Below are positions 1 through 8,615 of a DNA stretch of 24,959 nt, piece after piece. Position numbers and translations under genes: made by a program. Under the pieces are notes generated by a model. The model ran no database searches. It saw only the letters and a program-made list of their open reading frames with translations, and was not told the DNA's origin. This DNA is from Sandaracinaceae bacterium (GTDB lineage: Bacteria; Myxococcota_A; Polyangia; Polyangiales; Sandaracinaceae), in the NCBI GenBank assembly GCA_044220955.1, contig JBGAQA010000093.1, forward strand, positions 1 through 24,959. The letters run 5' to 3'. The stretch's first letter is position 1, and each line of letters starts with the position of its first letter.

Positions 1-40
1 CTGCCCTTTCACCGATGAACTTCATCAGGTGAAAGGGCAG
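1..40. repeat. Near-perfect inverted repeat (hairpin) at the window edge
   Basis: CTGCCCTTTCACC (1-13) pairs with GGTGAAAGGGCAG (28-40). Inner GATGA (14-18) pairs with TCATC (22-26), with loop ACT and a single bulged A27. Confidence 0.85.
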
Positions 41-49
41 GATCTACCA

Positions 50-1015
50 ATGCCGACACGATCCTCGCGCTCGTGGGGTGCGCTGCTGCTGCTCGTCCTC
101 GGCTGCAGCGGTGCCCCGCCAGCACCCGGCGCGCCGCCGGCGCCGCCGGCCCCGGCGAGCACCGCCCTGCCGCCTGCGCCGCGCGTCGAGGCGTTCACGT
201 TGACGCAGGGCATCGCGAGCACGGTCGAGCAGGTGCCCGCGACGCTCCTCGGTGTCGCCGTCGGTGACGACTCGCACCCGGGCGGGGCCGACGTCGTGCT
301 CGGTACCGATCGCCTCGCGGTCGTGGCCGGTGGCTGTGCCGCGGCCTCGTTCGGTGCCGTCGCGACCGAGCGCGTCGATCCGGGGCCCGCGCCCTGGGCC
401 CGGTTCCGATGGACGCCGAGCGTCGCGGACGTCGACGGCGCCGATCAGGCCGCGCACGACGTGCCGGTCGGTGGCGCGCTCATCGCCGGAGAGTGGCGCC
501 TGCGCGCGACGTCGGTCGAGCCCCAGCCGGGGGGGCTCACGCGCGTCCGGGTCTCGTTCTCGTCGCCCTCGTACGACGGCGGCGCGCCGCACCTCGTCAG
601 CGTCGAGGTGCCGGCCAGAGGTCGCGCCGAGACCCCGCTCACGGGACCCGTGGTCGTGGAGGTGTCGCTCGCGCAGGCCGACGCGCTCGGATGTCCGACG
701 CCGCGCATCGCGCTCATCGATCCGCGCGCCATCGTGCGAGACGTCGCCGACGGGGACACGGTCGCCGTTCGCGCCGGCACCACGCTGCGCCTCGGCGATC
801 ACGCCGTGCGCTACGACGGCCCCGGCGAGCGACGGACCCGCACCGGCGGGCTCGAGGTGTTCTTCCTCGTGTTCGCGCCGGGGACGGACCGCGAGCAGTC
901 CTCGATCTGCGCCCTCGATCGGCCCTGCGCGGAGGGCGGCCTCTCGGTCGAGTGGGTGTCGAGCGAGGGTGCGCTCGCCACGCTGCGCATGCGACGGGTC
1001 GCCGGGTTGCCCTGA
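50..1015 (+). CDS. Hypothetical lipoprotein with Pro/Ala-rich linker
   Basis: ORF 29-1015. ATG at 50 gives MPTRSSRSWGALLLLVLG-C (signal peptide II/lipobox), then a PAPGAPPAPPAP linker. Codon third positions are GC-rich. Confidence 0.7.
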   Translation: MPTRSSRSWGALLLLVLGCSGAPPAPGAPPAPPAPASTALPPAPRVEAFTLTQGIASTVEQVPATLLGVAVGDDSHPGGADVVLGTDRLAVVAGGCAAASFGAVATERVDPGPAPWARFRWTPSVADVDGADQAAHDVPVGGALIAGEWRLRATSVEPQPGGLTRVRVSFSSPSYDGGAPHLVSVEVPARGRAETPLTGPVVVEVSLAQADALGCPTPRIALIDPRAIVRDVADGDTVAVRAGTTLRLGDHAVRYDGPGERRTRTGGLEVFFLVFAPGTDREQSSICALDRPCAEGGLSVEWVSSEGALATLRMRRVAGLP

Positions 1016-1316
1016 CCCCACCGTGTCTTCGTGCGAGACCGTCGCCGGGCGAGAGGGCAGGACCGGGAACGTGGAACGGCTTCGGCATCGTCGGGTCGGG
1101 CTGACGCGCCCGAGACGTCGCGAGACGTGCCGGCGCGTCAGCGGCCGTCGCGACCGCGGCTCGTTTGGCGAAGCAGCGCGCCTCGTTCGCGCGCAGCCCG
1201 GCGAGCGCCGCCGCGACGGGCGGAGACTCGAGGCCGCGGCTCGACACGGTCACGAGGTCGACGGCACGGGACGAAGAGGCTTGCGCGGCTTGCGAATGGG
1301 ACCTCGGCGGCTCGCA

Positions 1317-1883
1317 TCAGCCGACCGCGCCCTCGTACGCCGCATCGACCGACACGTCGACACCGAGCGACTCGAGCGCGATCTGCGCGCCCCGTCGGAG
1401 CACGCGCAGACGCCAGCTGCCGTCGGCCTCGCGCCGGTAGTGCTCGACCTGCACCTTGTCCTGCGTGACGAGCACGTAGTCGCTCAGGCTGGTGAGCGAG
1501 CGGTACCCGTCGAACTTGTCTCCGCGATCGAACGCGGCCGTGTCGGGCGAGAGCACCTCGACGATCACGCGCGGGTTGCGCACGACGTCCCCGTGCTCGC
1601 CTGCGGTCTCCACGGGATCACACACCACGCTCACGTCCGGGTAGACGTACCGGTCGTCGGCAATGCTCACCTTCAGATCGGACGGGTATGCCGCGCAGGG
1701 GCGCCCTCGGAGGGCGGCGTGCAGGAGACCGACGAGGTTCCCGACGATCCGGTTGTGCGCCACGCTCGCCCCAGCCATCGCGAAGATCTCGCCGTCCCAG
1801 AGCTGGTGCTTGGTGCCCGATGCGCGTTCGAGCGCGAGGTACTCGGCGCCGCTCGTCTTGCGGGGTCGTTCCGCGCTGGACAC
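1317..1883 (-). CDS. Uma2 (DUF820) family PD-(D/E)XK endonuclease
   Basis: Motifs EYLALE..KHQLWDGEIFAMAG..HNRI, YVYPDVSVVC, PRVIVEVLSPDT..DRGDKF..Y, DYVLV.Q; 188 aa. Confidence 0.9.
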   Translation of the reverse strand: MSSAERPRKTSGAEYLALERASGTKHQLWDGEIFAMAGASVAHNRIVGNLVGLLHAALRGRPCAAYPSDLKVSIADDRYVYPDVSVVCDPVETAGEHGDVVRNPRVIVEVLSPDTAAFDRGDKFDGYRSLTSLSDYVLVTQDKVQVEHYRREADGSWRLRVLRRGAQIALESLGVDVSVDAAYEGAVG

Positions 1884-1934
1884 GCGCTGAGCCTAGCACG
1901 CGCACGTCGGGCGCCGGCGCGAGCCGCGGAGATG

Positions 1935-2348
1935 TCAGGGGCAGAACGCGGTGACGCAGAAGCGGTGCTCGTCGTCGGGGCTCAGCTCGGGCGGTACGAG
2001 CGAGCGCGCACCGAAGTAGGCCGACGCGATCCGGCGGTCACACACGTGCCCCGGAAGCCCGGCTGCAGCGCAGTCCGAGTTCACGGTGCACGGGGCCGCG
2101 CACGCACGCTCGAAGGGATCGCACGCGAGCCACTGCGCGCTGCCCGGGACCACGTGCCCGTCGCCGCAGACGAACGGGGTACCGCTCACCGCGCCAGTGG
2201 CCGGATCGCACGACGCGCCGGCTCCGCCGCACCGGAGCTGGAGGTAGACCTGCGGAGACGGCGTCAGCATGCGCAGCGCGATGCGCTGCCTGCAGCGGGC
2301 AGGCAGCGTGGAGAAGCCGGGGATGCTGCCGTCGTCTTAGACCCAGCC
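1935..2348 (-). pseudogene. C-terminal remnant of a Cys-rich exported protein, with an in-frame TAA
   Basis: The frame of ORF 1935-2270 continues upstream as GWV*DDGSIPGFSTLPARCRQRIALRMLTP (TAA at 2337-2339). There is no signal peptide, and the Cys-rich tail ends ...HRFCVTAFCP. Confidence 0.55.
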
Positions 2349-2398
2349 CCGCGCGAACGCCCGTTGACCACATCGCCTTTCGGCGAGACGTTGGACGC

Positions 2399-3280
2399 GT
2401 GCCGATCGAGCGACGCGTGCTCGCGTGGAGCCTGGGCTTCTGCCTCGTCGGGTGCGGAGCTCGCACCGAGCTCGCCGCATGGCGCGAAGCGTCCGACGCG
2501 GCGCTCGTCGAGCACGACGCGACCGCGATGCGCGACGCCACCGCACGGCCCGACGCGGGCGTCCTCGACCGTGACGCGGCGCTCACGCCCGACGCGGCCC
2601 TCGCGCACGACGACGCTGCCCTGAGCGACGCGGCGACGCTGCCCGACGCGGCCACGCTCCCCGACGCGGCTACGACGCTCGATGCGGCGGTCATCGCTCG
2701 TGATGCGACCCTCCCGGATGCCGCGTTGCCGTGCGAGGCGGATCGCCGCGTCGGCGTCGCCGCGACGTGCAGCGGCCCCGGCTGCTACACGCGGATCGGC
2801 CCGCCCCCGGTCGATCCGTGGAGGGGCGACCTCGTCCTGCGCGGCATCGGCACGGAGGGCGAGCGCTTCGCGATCGACCGAGACGCCACGGCCGACCAGA
2901 TCGAGCTCTCTCTGTGGTCCGTCCGCCACGAGGGCAGCGGCGTCCGGTTCGACGTCTGGCGTCGGTGCGGCGACACGAACGTGCTCCTGCGCACGGTCCG
3001 CGTCTCCCCGACCGCGCTCGGCCTCTACGACGGCATCCGCTCGCCGCGCGCGCCGTTGCGGGTCGTCCTCGACGAGCCCCTCTCGCTCTCGCGCGGCGAC
3101 GAGATCGACGTCCTGATCACTGCCGAGGGCTCCCGCGCGAGCGTCGTCCTCGGTGTGGATCGCCGGGACCCGTACCCGGAGGGCACGATGATCGCCCAGC
3201 TCGACCCTGCCGCACCCGGTGTGTTCGACCCAGAGCTCACACCGAGCGACGACGCCGCGATCTCGCTGCTCGTGCACTGA
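2399..3280 (+). CDS. Hypothetical lipoprotein with DAA-repeat linker
   Basis: LGFCLVG-C lipobox followed by GARTEL. About 10 degenerate DAA(L/T)xx repeats, then a globular C-terminal part. Confidence 0.75.
   Translation: MPIERRVLAWSLGFCLVGCGARTELAAWREASDAALVEHDATAMRDATARPDAGVLDRDAALTPDAALAHDDAALSDAATLPDAATLPDAATTLDAAVIARDATLPDAALPCEADRRVGVAATCSGPGCYTRIGPPPVDPWRGDLVLRGIGTEGERFAIDRDATADQIELSLWSVRHEGSGVRFDVWRRCGDTNVLLRTVRVSPTALGLYDGIRSPRAPLRVVLDEPLSLSRGDEIDVLITAEGSRASVVLGVDRRDPYPEGTMIAQLDPAAPGVFDPELTPSDDAAISLLVH
2573..2730 (+). repeat. Degenerate ~18-bp coding tandem repeat (DAATLP-like units)
   Basis: Units such as GACGCGGCGACGCTGCCC, GACGCGGCCACGCTCCCC, GACGCGGCTACGACGCTC. Confidence 0.7.
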
Positions 3281-3312
3281 CGGATCACGGCGCGCCACGC
3301 CGTCGACGGCAC

Positions 3313-3344
3313 GTTCTGAGTGATGGAGTTCTGACTCTTGGAGT
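3313..3344. repeat. 15-bp imperfect direct repeat in a lower-GC intergenic patch
   Basis: GTTCTGAgtgaTGGA (3313-3327) and GTTCTGActctTGGA (3328-3342), followed by GT. Confidence 0.6.
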
Positions 3345-3457
3345 GACCTGTTTGGTCGCGACACTGTGCTGTGGGTCGCCTCGCAGATCAGGACGATTCT
3401 CGACACGCCTCCAGAGCCGACAACTCCCGGGACGAGATTCTCATCCGGCCCTCGAGC

Positions 3458-4222
3458 TCAGATCCCGTATCGCCCGCGCAGGTAGGTCTCGATCGCGTCG
3501 ATGGCCGCGCTCGAGGTATCGCGCGTCGCCATGATCTCGAGCATGTCGGCGTCTGCGGCCGGATACGACCGCGCCGAGCCGATCGTCATCACCTCGCCCA
3601 CGGGAACCGTGAGCGGCTGTGTGCCGCGGTCCGTGCCGTCCACGCGGAGCGAAAGTGCGCTGCCGTCGAAGCGGACGGTCACGACGTGAGGCTGCCCGTC
3701 GCCGTTGGCCGCAGCCTCCACCTGGGCCGAGGTCGCCGGGCTGACGCCAAACGCGAAGAAGTTCGTCGCCGGGTCGAAGGACCCGCCGCGGTTGACGCCG
3801 ACCTCGACGTACGGCGCCATCAACGCGCCACCGAACAGCAAGCCGGTCTGCATCGGCGGCGTCCGGTGCCGGAAGGCGAACGAGAGCACGAGAGCGCCGT
3901 CCCACGGCAACGAGGACGTGAACGTCATCGCGATGGTGCCGGCACTCGCGAAGCGGATCCCATCGTGGCCGCTCACGACGGCGGTCGCCAGCGTGGGCGC
4001 CGCCCCGCTCACGGCGGTTGCGTCGTGCCCGTGGCCGGATTGGTGGGCCCAGCCCACGACGACACCGGCGGACGTCGTCACTCCGCGCGCCGCGTCGAGC
4101 CAGAGCTCGAGACCCGCTCGCCGCGCCGCCGAGGACCCGGGTGCAGTTCGTGGTCTGCAGGTCGAGCAGGATCTCCGAGGAGGCCGAGCACCCGCACCGG
4201 AAGCTCCGCGTCTCGCCCTCCG
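3458..4222 (-). pseudogene. 5'-truncated, frameshifted LamG/concanavalin-like domain gene
   Basis: ORF 3458-4081 extends upstream in frame as GLELWLDAARGVTTSAGVVVGWAHQSGHGHDA, which fits the LxLWLDA...W.DQSG.G..A start of LamG-like domains, and ends AIETYLRGRYGI. Above a GGG run (4113-4115) the coding-like frame shifts (EGETRSFRCGCSASSEILLDLQTTNCTRVLGGAASG). No start codon or signal peptide precedes the divergent gene at 4248. Confidence 0.6.
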
Positions 4223-4247
4223 GTCGCCGCCGATTCAGACTGCTCGG

Positions 4248-6038
4248 ATGCGGGCGCCAGCTTGCGTGCGTTTCGAGGTCGGGCCGCTGGTCGCCATCGC
4301 CGTGGTGCTGGCCGGCTGCGGGCTGGCGAAGTCGCGGCCGGAGCGCGATGCCGGCGGCCCGGACGCTGCGGACATCGATGCGCCGGTCGACACGAGTTTG
4401 CGCGACTCAGGCGTGGAGCATCGGGCGGACGCGGACGTCGATGCGGCGTCCGAGTGTGAGCCGGCCCCCGAGACATGCAACGGTCGTGACGACGACTGCA
4501 ACGGCGTCCTCGATGACGAGCCTGCCGCCAGCACCTGGTGCGGCGCGCGGTGCGGCGTCGACGTCTGTCCTTCCGCACGGCCGACCGCGCCGCTCGCGAG
4601 CACCCTGCTCACCACGCGGCGACCGACGTTTCGATGGATGCTCTCCGGTGGGGCCGACGCCGCGCGCGTCGACATCTGCCGGGACCGTGCCTGCACCGAT
4701 CTCGTGACCACGCTTGAGGGCGTCACGAGCACGACGCCCAGCGAGGACCTTCCCCGCGGCGTGCTCTTCTGGCGGCTCGTGCCCCTGCTCGCCGGTCGCC
4801 GGCTTCCCGCCGTGAGCGCGCCCTGGGTGGCTCGCATTCCGAGCGTGGGACACGCCGTCGATGGCGCGACAGGTCCCGTGCTCGACGTGGACGGGGATGG
4901 GCGCGCCGACGTGCTCCTGAGGCGCTACACACACGACACGACGCGCACCGAGGTCGTGCTGTATCGCGGCTCCGACGCAGGCCTCGTCGAGCGAGGGAGT
5001 CTGCCGCCCTCGGTTGGCAGCGTCGATGCGACGGCAGATCTCGATGGCGACGGACGCAGCGACGCGATCGTGCATGACGGAGGTCATGTCGCGCTTCTGG
5101 ACGGCGCGTCGATGTTGCTCGGCCCGTCGCGCGCGGTGCCCGACGTCGTCGGGTGGCCGGGCGTGAGCGCGGCGGGCGACCTCGATGCGGACGGATACGC
5201 CGACCTGCTGCTCCCGCCATACTCGGGTGCTGGGCCTCGGATCGCACGCGGTGGCGCCGCGGGTCTCGACCCGGACTTCGCCGACGTCCCGGCCCCGCCC
5301 TACGTCGAGCCAGGCTGGGACTCGGTCGTGTATGCCGTCGGTGACCTGGATGCGGACGGATCGGGCGACCTCGTCGCCGCGCAGGACTGCAGCCACGCGC
5401 TCTTCGGCGCCGTCCCCTCGTGTCCGACCGACCGGACGCTCTGGCGGATCCGCGGCGGACCGCTCGGGCTCACCACGCCCCAGGCATGGGCGAGCGTGCT
5501 GCTCTCCGGCGCCATCGGTCTCGACGAGCTCGACACAGCACTGCCGCTCGCGTCCGCGGGCGACGTCGACGGTGACGGGCTCGTCGATCTCGTCGCCACC
5601 GACGTGTACTCCGTCGCGGTCACGATCGCCGTACCTGGCGGGGTGCCCGCGAGCCCGCTCGTGCTGCTCTCGCGCGACGCGACGCTCGCCCACGATGCGT
5701 CGACGAGCCTCGACGCGGGCCGCGTGGTGCACTGGCTCGGGCCTGCGTGCGATCTCGACGGCGACGGCGCGGGAGACGTCGTCCTGACGTCGGACGACGG
5801 AACGTTCCTTCGCCGCGGGGGTGCAGGTGGCCTCCGGTCGGAAGTCATCCAGCTCTCGCCGCTCGGCGCGACGGGCGCGCGCTGCCTCGGGGACGATGAC
5901 GGCGACGGGCTCTCCGAGCTCGCCGTGCTCCTCTACGACCCGAGCGACTCGACGTGGCAGACGGAGCTACACGTCCACCGGGGCCTCGATCCGAGGCCGG
6001 TCCAGATCCTCCACGTCGGCGTCGCCGCGGGGTTCTGA
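4248..6038 (+). CDS. FG-GAP/VCBS-repeat lipoprotein with a MopE-type putative metal-binding motif
   Basis: VAIAVVLAG-C lipobox; CEPAPETCNGRDDDCNGVLDD motif; seven DxDGDGxxD-type repeats (DVDGDGRAD, DLDGDGRSD, DLDADGYAD, DLDADGSGD, DVDGDGLVD, DLDGDGAGD, DDDGDGLSE). Start placed at ATG 4248 within ORF 3705-6038. Confidence 0.85.
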   Translation: MRAPACVRFEVGPLVAIAVVLAGCGLAKSRPERDAGGPDAADIDAPVDTSLRDSGVEHRADADVDAASECEPAPETCNGRDDDCNGVLDDEPAASTWCGARCGVDVCPSARPTAPLASTLLTTRRPTFRWMLSGGADAARVDICRDRACTDLVTTLEGVTSTTPSEDLPRGVLFWRLVPLLAGRRLPAVSAPWVARIPSVGHAVDGATGPVLDVDGDGRADVLLRRYTHDTTRTEVVLYRGSDAGLVERGSLPPSVGSVDATADLDGDGRSDAIVHDGGHVALLDGASMLLGPSRAVPDVVGWPGVSAAGDLDADGYADLLLPPYSGAGPRIARGGAAGLDPDFADVPAPPYVEPGWDSVVYAVGDLDADGSGDLVAAQDCSHALFGAVPSCPTDRTLWRIRGGPLGLTTPQAWASVLLSGAIGLDELDTALPLASAGDVDGDGLVDLVATDVYSVAVTIAVPGGVPASPLVLLSRDATLAHDASTSLDAGRVVHWLGPACDLDGDGAGDVVLTSDDGTFLRRGGAGGLRSEVIQLSPLGATGARCLGDDDGDGLSELAVLLYDPSDSTWQTELHVHRGLDPRPVQILHVGVAAGF

Positions 6039-6116
6039 TCACGGCAGCACGCGCTGGGAGCGACTCGATGCCGCGGTCTTCGAGGCAGACGCGGCGCGCC
6101 GAGGCGAGGTCGCGGC

Positions 6117-6467
6117 TCAGCTCGGAGGCGCCGTCGTCGCGTCGGTCGCGGCCGGGTGGACGTAGTGCGCCGGATCGGCCTGGAAGCGCTGATCGCAGCC
6201 CGGGCAGCAGAAGTAGTATGTGCGGCCCTCGTAGTCGACGTGCGGCGACGCGTCGCTGACCACGAACGTCTCGCCCGACACCGGGCACGTCGTTGTGTCG
6301 CCGACCCGGGCCTCGCCGGGAGCGACCACCGGACCGGCGGCGGCCTGGGTCGCCTGCTCGTGCTCGTCGTGAGCGGTGGTGGAGCCACCGCTCGACGCGG
6401 TCGAGCCGCCGCACGCGGCGAGGGCGAGGGACGTGGCGATTGCGACGGCGAGACGGGTACGGTTCAC
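6117..6467 (-). CDS. YHS-domain lipoprotein (putative metal binding)
   Basis: LALAA-C lipobox; CPVSGE...VDYEGRTYYFCCPGCDQRFQADP is the YHS/TRASH pattern; HDEHE in the linker. Confidence 0.85.
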   Translation of the reverse strand: MNRTRLAVAIATSLALAACGGSTASSGGSTTAHDEHEQATQAAAGPVVAPGEARVGDTTTCPVSGETFVVSDASPHVDYEGRTYYFCCPGCDQRFQADPAHYVHPAATDATTAPPS

Positions 6468-6494
6468 GGCTGGGTTCTCCTCATCGGGTGGACT

Positions 6495-7313
6495 TCATGG
6501 CACGGGTTCGCCCGCGGGCACCGCCGCCGGGACGCGCAGCCCCTCCGGGATGCCACCCTCGAGCAGGCGATGGCAGGCCCCGCAGGTGGCGACGTAGCGG
6601 CCGTAGATGCTGGCGCGGGTGTCGTCGTCCTCCGCCGCGGCGGCCTCGGCACCGAGCTCGCGCACGTGCGTCGTCAGCGTCACGACCTGCTCGGGAGGCT
6701 GCGCCGCGGTCGCCGGCAGCTCGTCCTGCGTCAGCGGCGCCGAGGTGAGCGCGTCGTTGCCGCGCCGGAACGTGTCCGGGCTCGCGGTGAGCAGGCCGTC
6801 GAACATCCGGTCGGAGGCCCACTGGTGGCGCCGCATGCGGGCCTCGGGCGTGTCGCCCTCGGGGATGGGCGTCTCGGCGACGGTGGGCCCGCCGTGCGAC
6901 TCCGCGTGGCAGGCGCCGCATCGCGCCAGCATGCGGCCCACCGCGGTGCCCGCCTGGGTGAGGGTCGTCGCTTGCGCGAAGCTCGCGGCCTCGGTCTGCA
7001 TCTCGACCAGGCGTGGACGCAGCTCGGCAGGCAGCGCGTTGCCCTCCTCGTGGGTCGCGATCCACGCCATGTCCGCCCGCGCCGTGTCCATGTCGGCGCG
7101 TACCAGGGCGTCGTGGACGCTGCGCGCCCGCTCGTAGTGGCCGTGCATCACCGCTCGAACCGCCTCCGGACCGGTCGCGACGGGTGTCGAGGGGGGCGGT
7201 GACGCGGGAGGCGTGGGCGTCGGTGTCACGACGGGCTCCGCCGACGTCGCCGTCGAGGACCCTTCGTCGCCGCACGCCGTCACCAGCGCACAGACCAGAA
7301 CGCCGACCCGCAT
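6495..7313 (-). CDS. Di-heme c-type cytochrome lipoprotein (two helical cytochrome c'-like repeats)
   Basis: MRVGVLVCALVTA-C lipobox and a Pro/Thr linker. Two CGACH heme motifs, each at the end of a ~100-aa helical repeat that starts MxxH (MHGH, MRRH). Confidence 0.8.
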   Translation of the reverse strand: MRVGVLVCALVTACGDEGSSTATSAEPVVTPTPTPPASPPPSTPVATGPEAVRAVMHGHYERARSVHDALVRADMDTARADMAWIATHEEGNALPAELRPRLVEMQTEAASFAQATTLTQAGTAVGRMLARCGACHAESHGGPTVAETPIPEGDTPEARMRRHQWASDRMFDGLLTASPDTFRRGNDALTSAPLTQDELPATAAQPPEQVVTLTTHVRELGAEAAAAEDDDTRASIYGRYVATCGACHRLLEGGIPEGLRVPAAVPAGEPVP

Positions 7314-7380
7314 GGCCCGATGCATCGGTCTCTGGCTACGCACCCCCGCGGGCGTCGCAAGGCTCGGCCTCGACGCCGCG

Positions 7381-8490
7381 TCAGCCCTTCTTCCGGACCA
7401 GCGGGATGTGCGGCGTCATGTACTCGTCGCGCACGGGGTCGATCTCCTCGAGATCGGGCTCGGGTGTCGGCGGCGGCGGCGACGGGGGCGTCGTCGGGCG
7501 GCGGCCGGGACCGAAGAGCGCGTCGGCGATCGCCGCGCGATCCGGCTTGGGCTCCGGGCGAATCCGAGCGCGCGCCTCCGCGACCGCACGGCCGAGCACG
7601 GCCGCGCTCGTGCGGATCCCCTCGTCGAGCAGCACGTCCTCGAGCCGCTCGTACATCTCGTCGGCGCTCGCGATCCGCTCCTCGGCGCGGCGCTCGAGGG
7701 CGGACGACACGATCTCGTGGAGCGACCCGGGCAGGTCGCCGCGGTGCCGACCGAGGTGCGGCACGTCGCCCTTCTGCACGCGCGTGAGCGTCTCGCGGTC
7801 GCTCGCGCCCGCGAAGAGGCGCTCGCCGCTGAGGGCCTCCCAGAGCACCACGCCCATCCCGTAGAGGTCGCTCTGCGGGGTCGGCGGCAGGCCCTCGAGG
7901 ATCTCCGGCGCGACGTACGCGAGCTTGCCCTTGACCATGCCGGGCTGAGTGAGGCGCGCGCGATCGACGGCGAACGCGAGCCCGAAGTCGGTGAGCTTGG
8001 CGACGCCGTTGAGGCCGACGAGGATGTTCTGCGGATCCACGTCGCGGTGGTACACGGGCGCGTGGTTGCCGAGCGTGTCGCAGCGCGCGTGCGCGCTCGC
8101 GAGCCCGCGCAGCGCGTCGATGGCGACCTGCAGCACGATCGACCAGGGCGGCAGCTCCCCCGCGTCCACGTACGAGCGCACGAAGCGCGAGAAGTCGATG
8201 CCCTCGACCCACTCCATCACGAGATAGAAGCCGCCCTCGTCCACGCCGAGGTCGAACACGCGCGTGATGTTCGGGTGGGCGAGCATCGCCGCGATCTTGG
8301 CCTCCTCGACGAACATCGTGACGAGGGAGGGGTCGTCCGCCATCGACGGGAGCATCCGCTTGATGGCGACCTCGGTCTCGAACTGGGCCGCGCCGCGCAG
8401 CACGCCGCGCCACACGGTCGCCATGCCGCCCCTGCCCGCGAGCGTGCGCAGCTCGTAGCGATCGGCGAGGAGGGTTCCCGGGGCGTCCAT
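7381..8490 (-). CDS. Hanks-type serine/threonine protein kinase
   Basis: RYEL...GRGGMATVW, VAIKRM, HPNI, HRDVDPQNIL, KLTDFGLA, GKLAYVAPE, SDLYGMGVVLWE. Pro-rich C-tail, no TM segment. Confidence 0.95.
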   Translation of the reverse strand: MDAPGTLLADRYELRTLAGRGGMATVWRGVLRGAAQFETEVAIKRMLPSMADDPSLVTMFVEEAKIAAMLAHPNITRVFDLGVDEGGFYLVMEWVEGIDFSRFVRSYVDAGELPPWSIVLQVAIDALRGLASAHARCDTLGNHAPVYHRDVDPQNILVGLNGVAKLTDFGLAFAVDRARLTQPGMVKGKLAYVAPEILEGLPPTPQSDLYGMGVVLWEALSGERLFAGASDRETLTRVQKGDVPHLGRHRGDLPGSLHEIVSSALERRAEERIASADEMYERLEDVLLDEGIRTSAAVLGRAVAEARARIRPEPKPDRAAIADALFGPGRRPTTPPSPPPPTPEPDLEEIDPVRDEYMTPHIPLVRKKG

Positions 8491-8615
8491 GTGCTTCGTG
8501 GTACGCGCGGGCGACGCGATCGGCTGCCCCGCGAACCGCGATTCTTCGCGCGGAAGCGCGAGGGCCGCAACCGCGTGCAGTCAGGGCGGACGCGCTGCGG
8601 CTCGGCTCGGCTCGG

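Noticed and set aside
252..2624. Long Arg/Ser-rich ORFs such as 252-2624, 7213-8619, 8581-10662, 12523-15630, 17798-19615, 20606-22432 and 22349-23800
   Set aside because: Shadow or antisense frames of real genes, expected at this GC content; no recognisable motifs.
8020..8050. Pseudokinase, because the catalytic loop reads HRDVDPQN without Lys
   Set aside because: VAIK Lys, HRD Asp, Asn, DFG and APE are intact, and non-Lys residues at this position are common in myxobacterial kinases.
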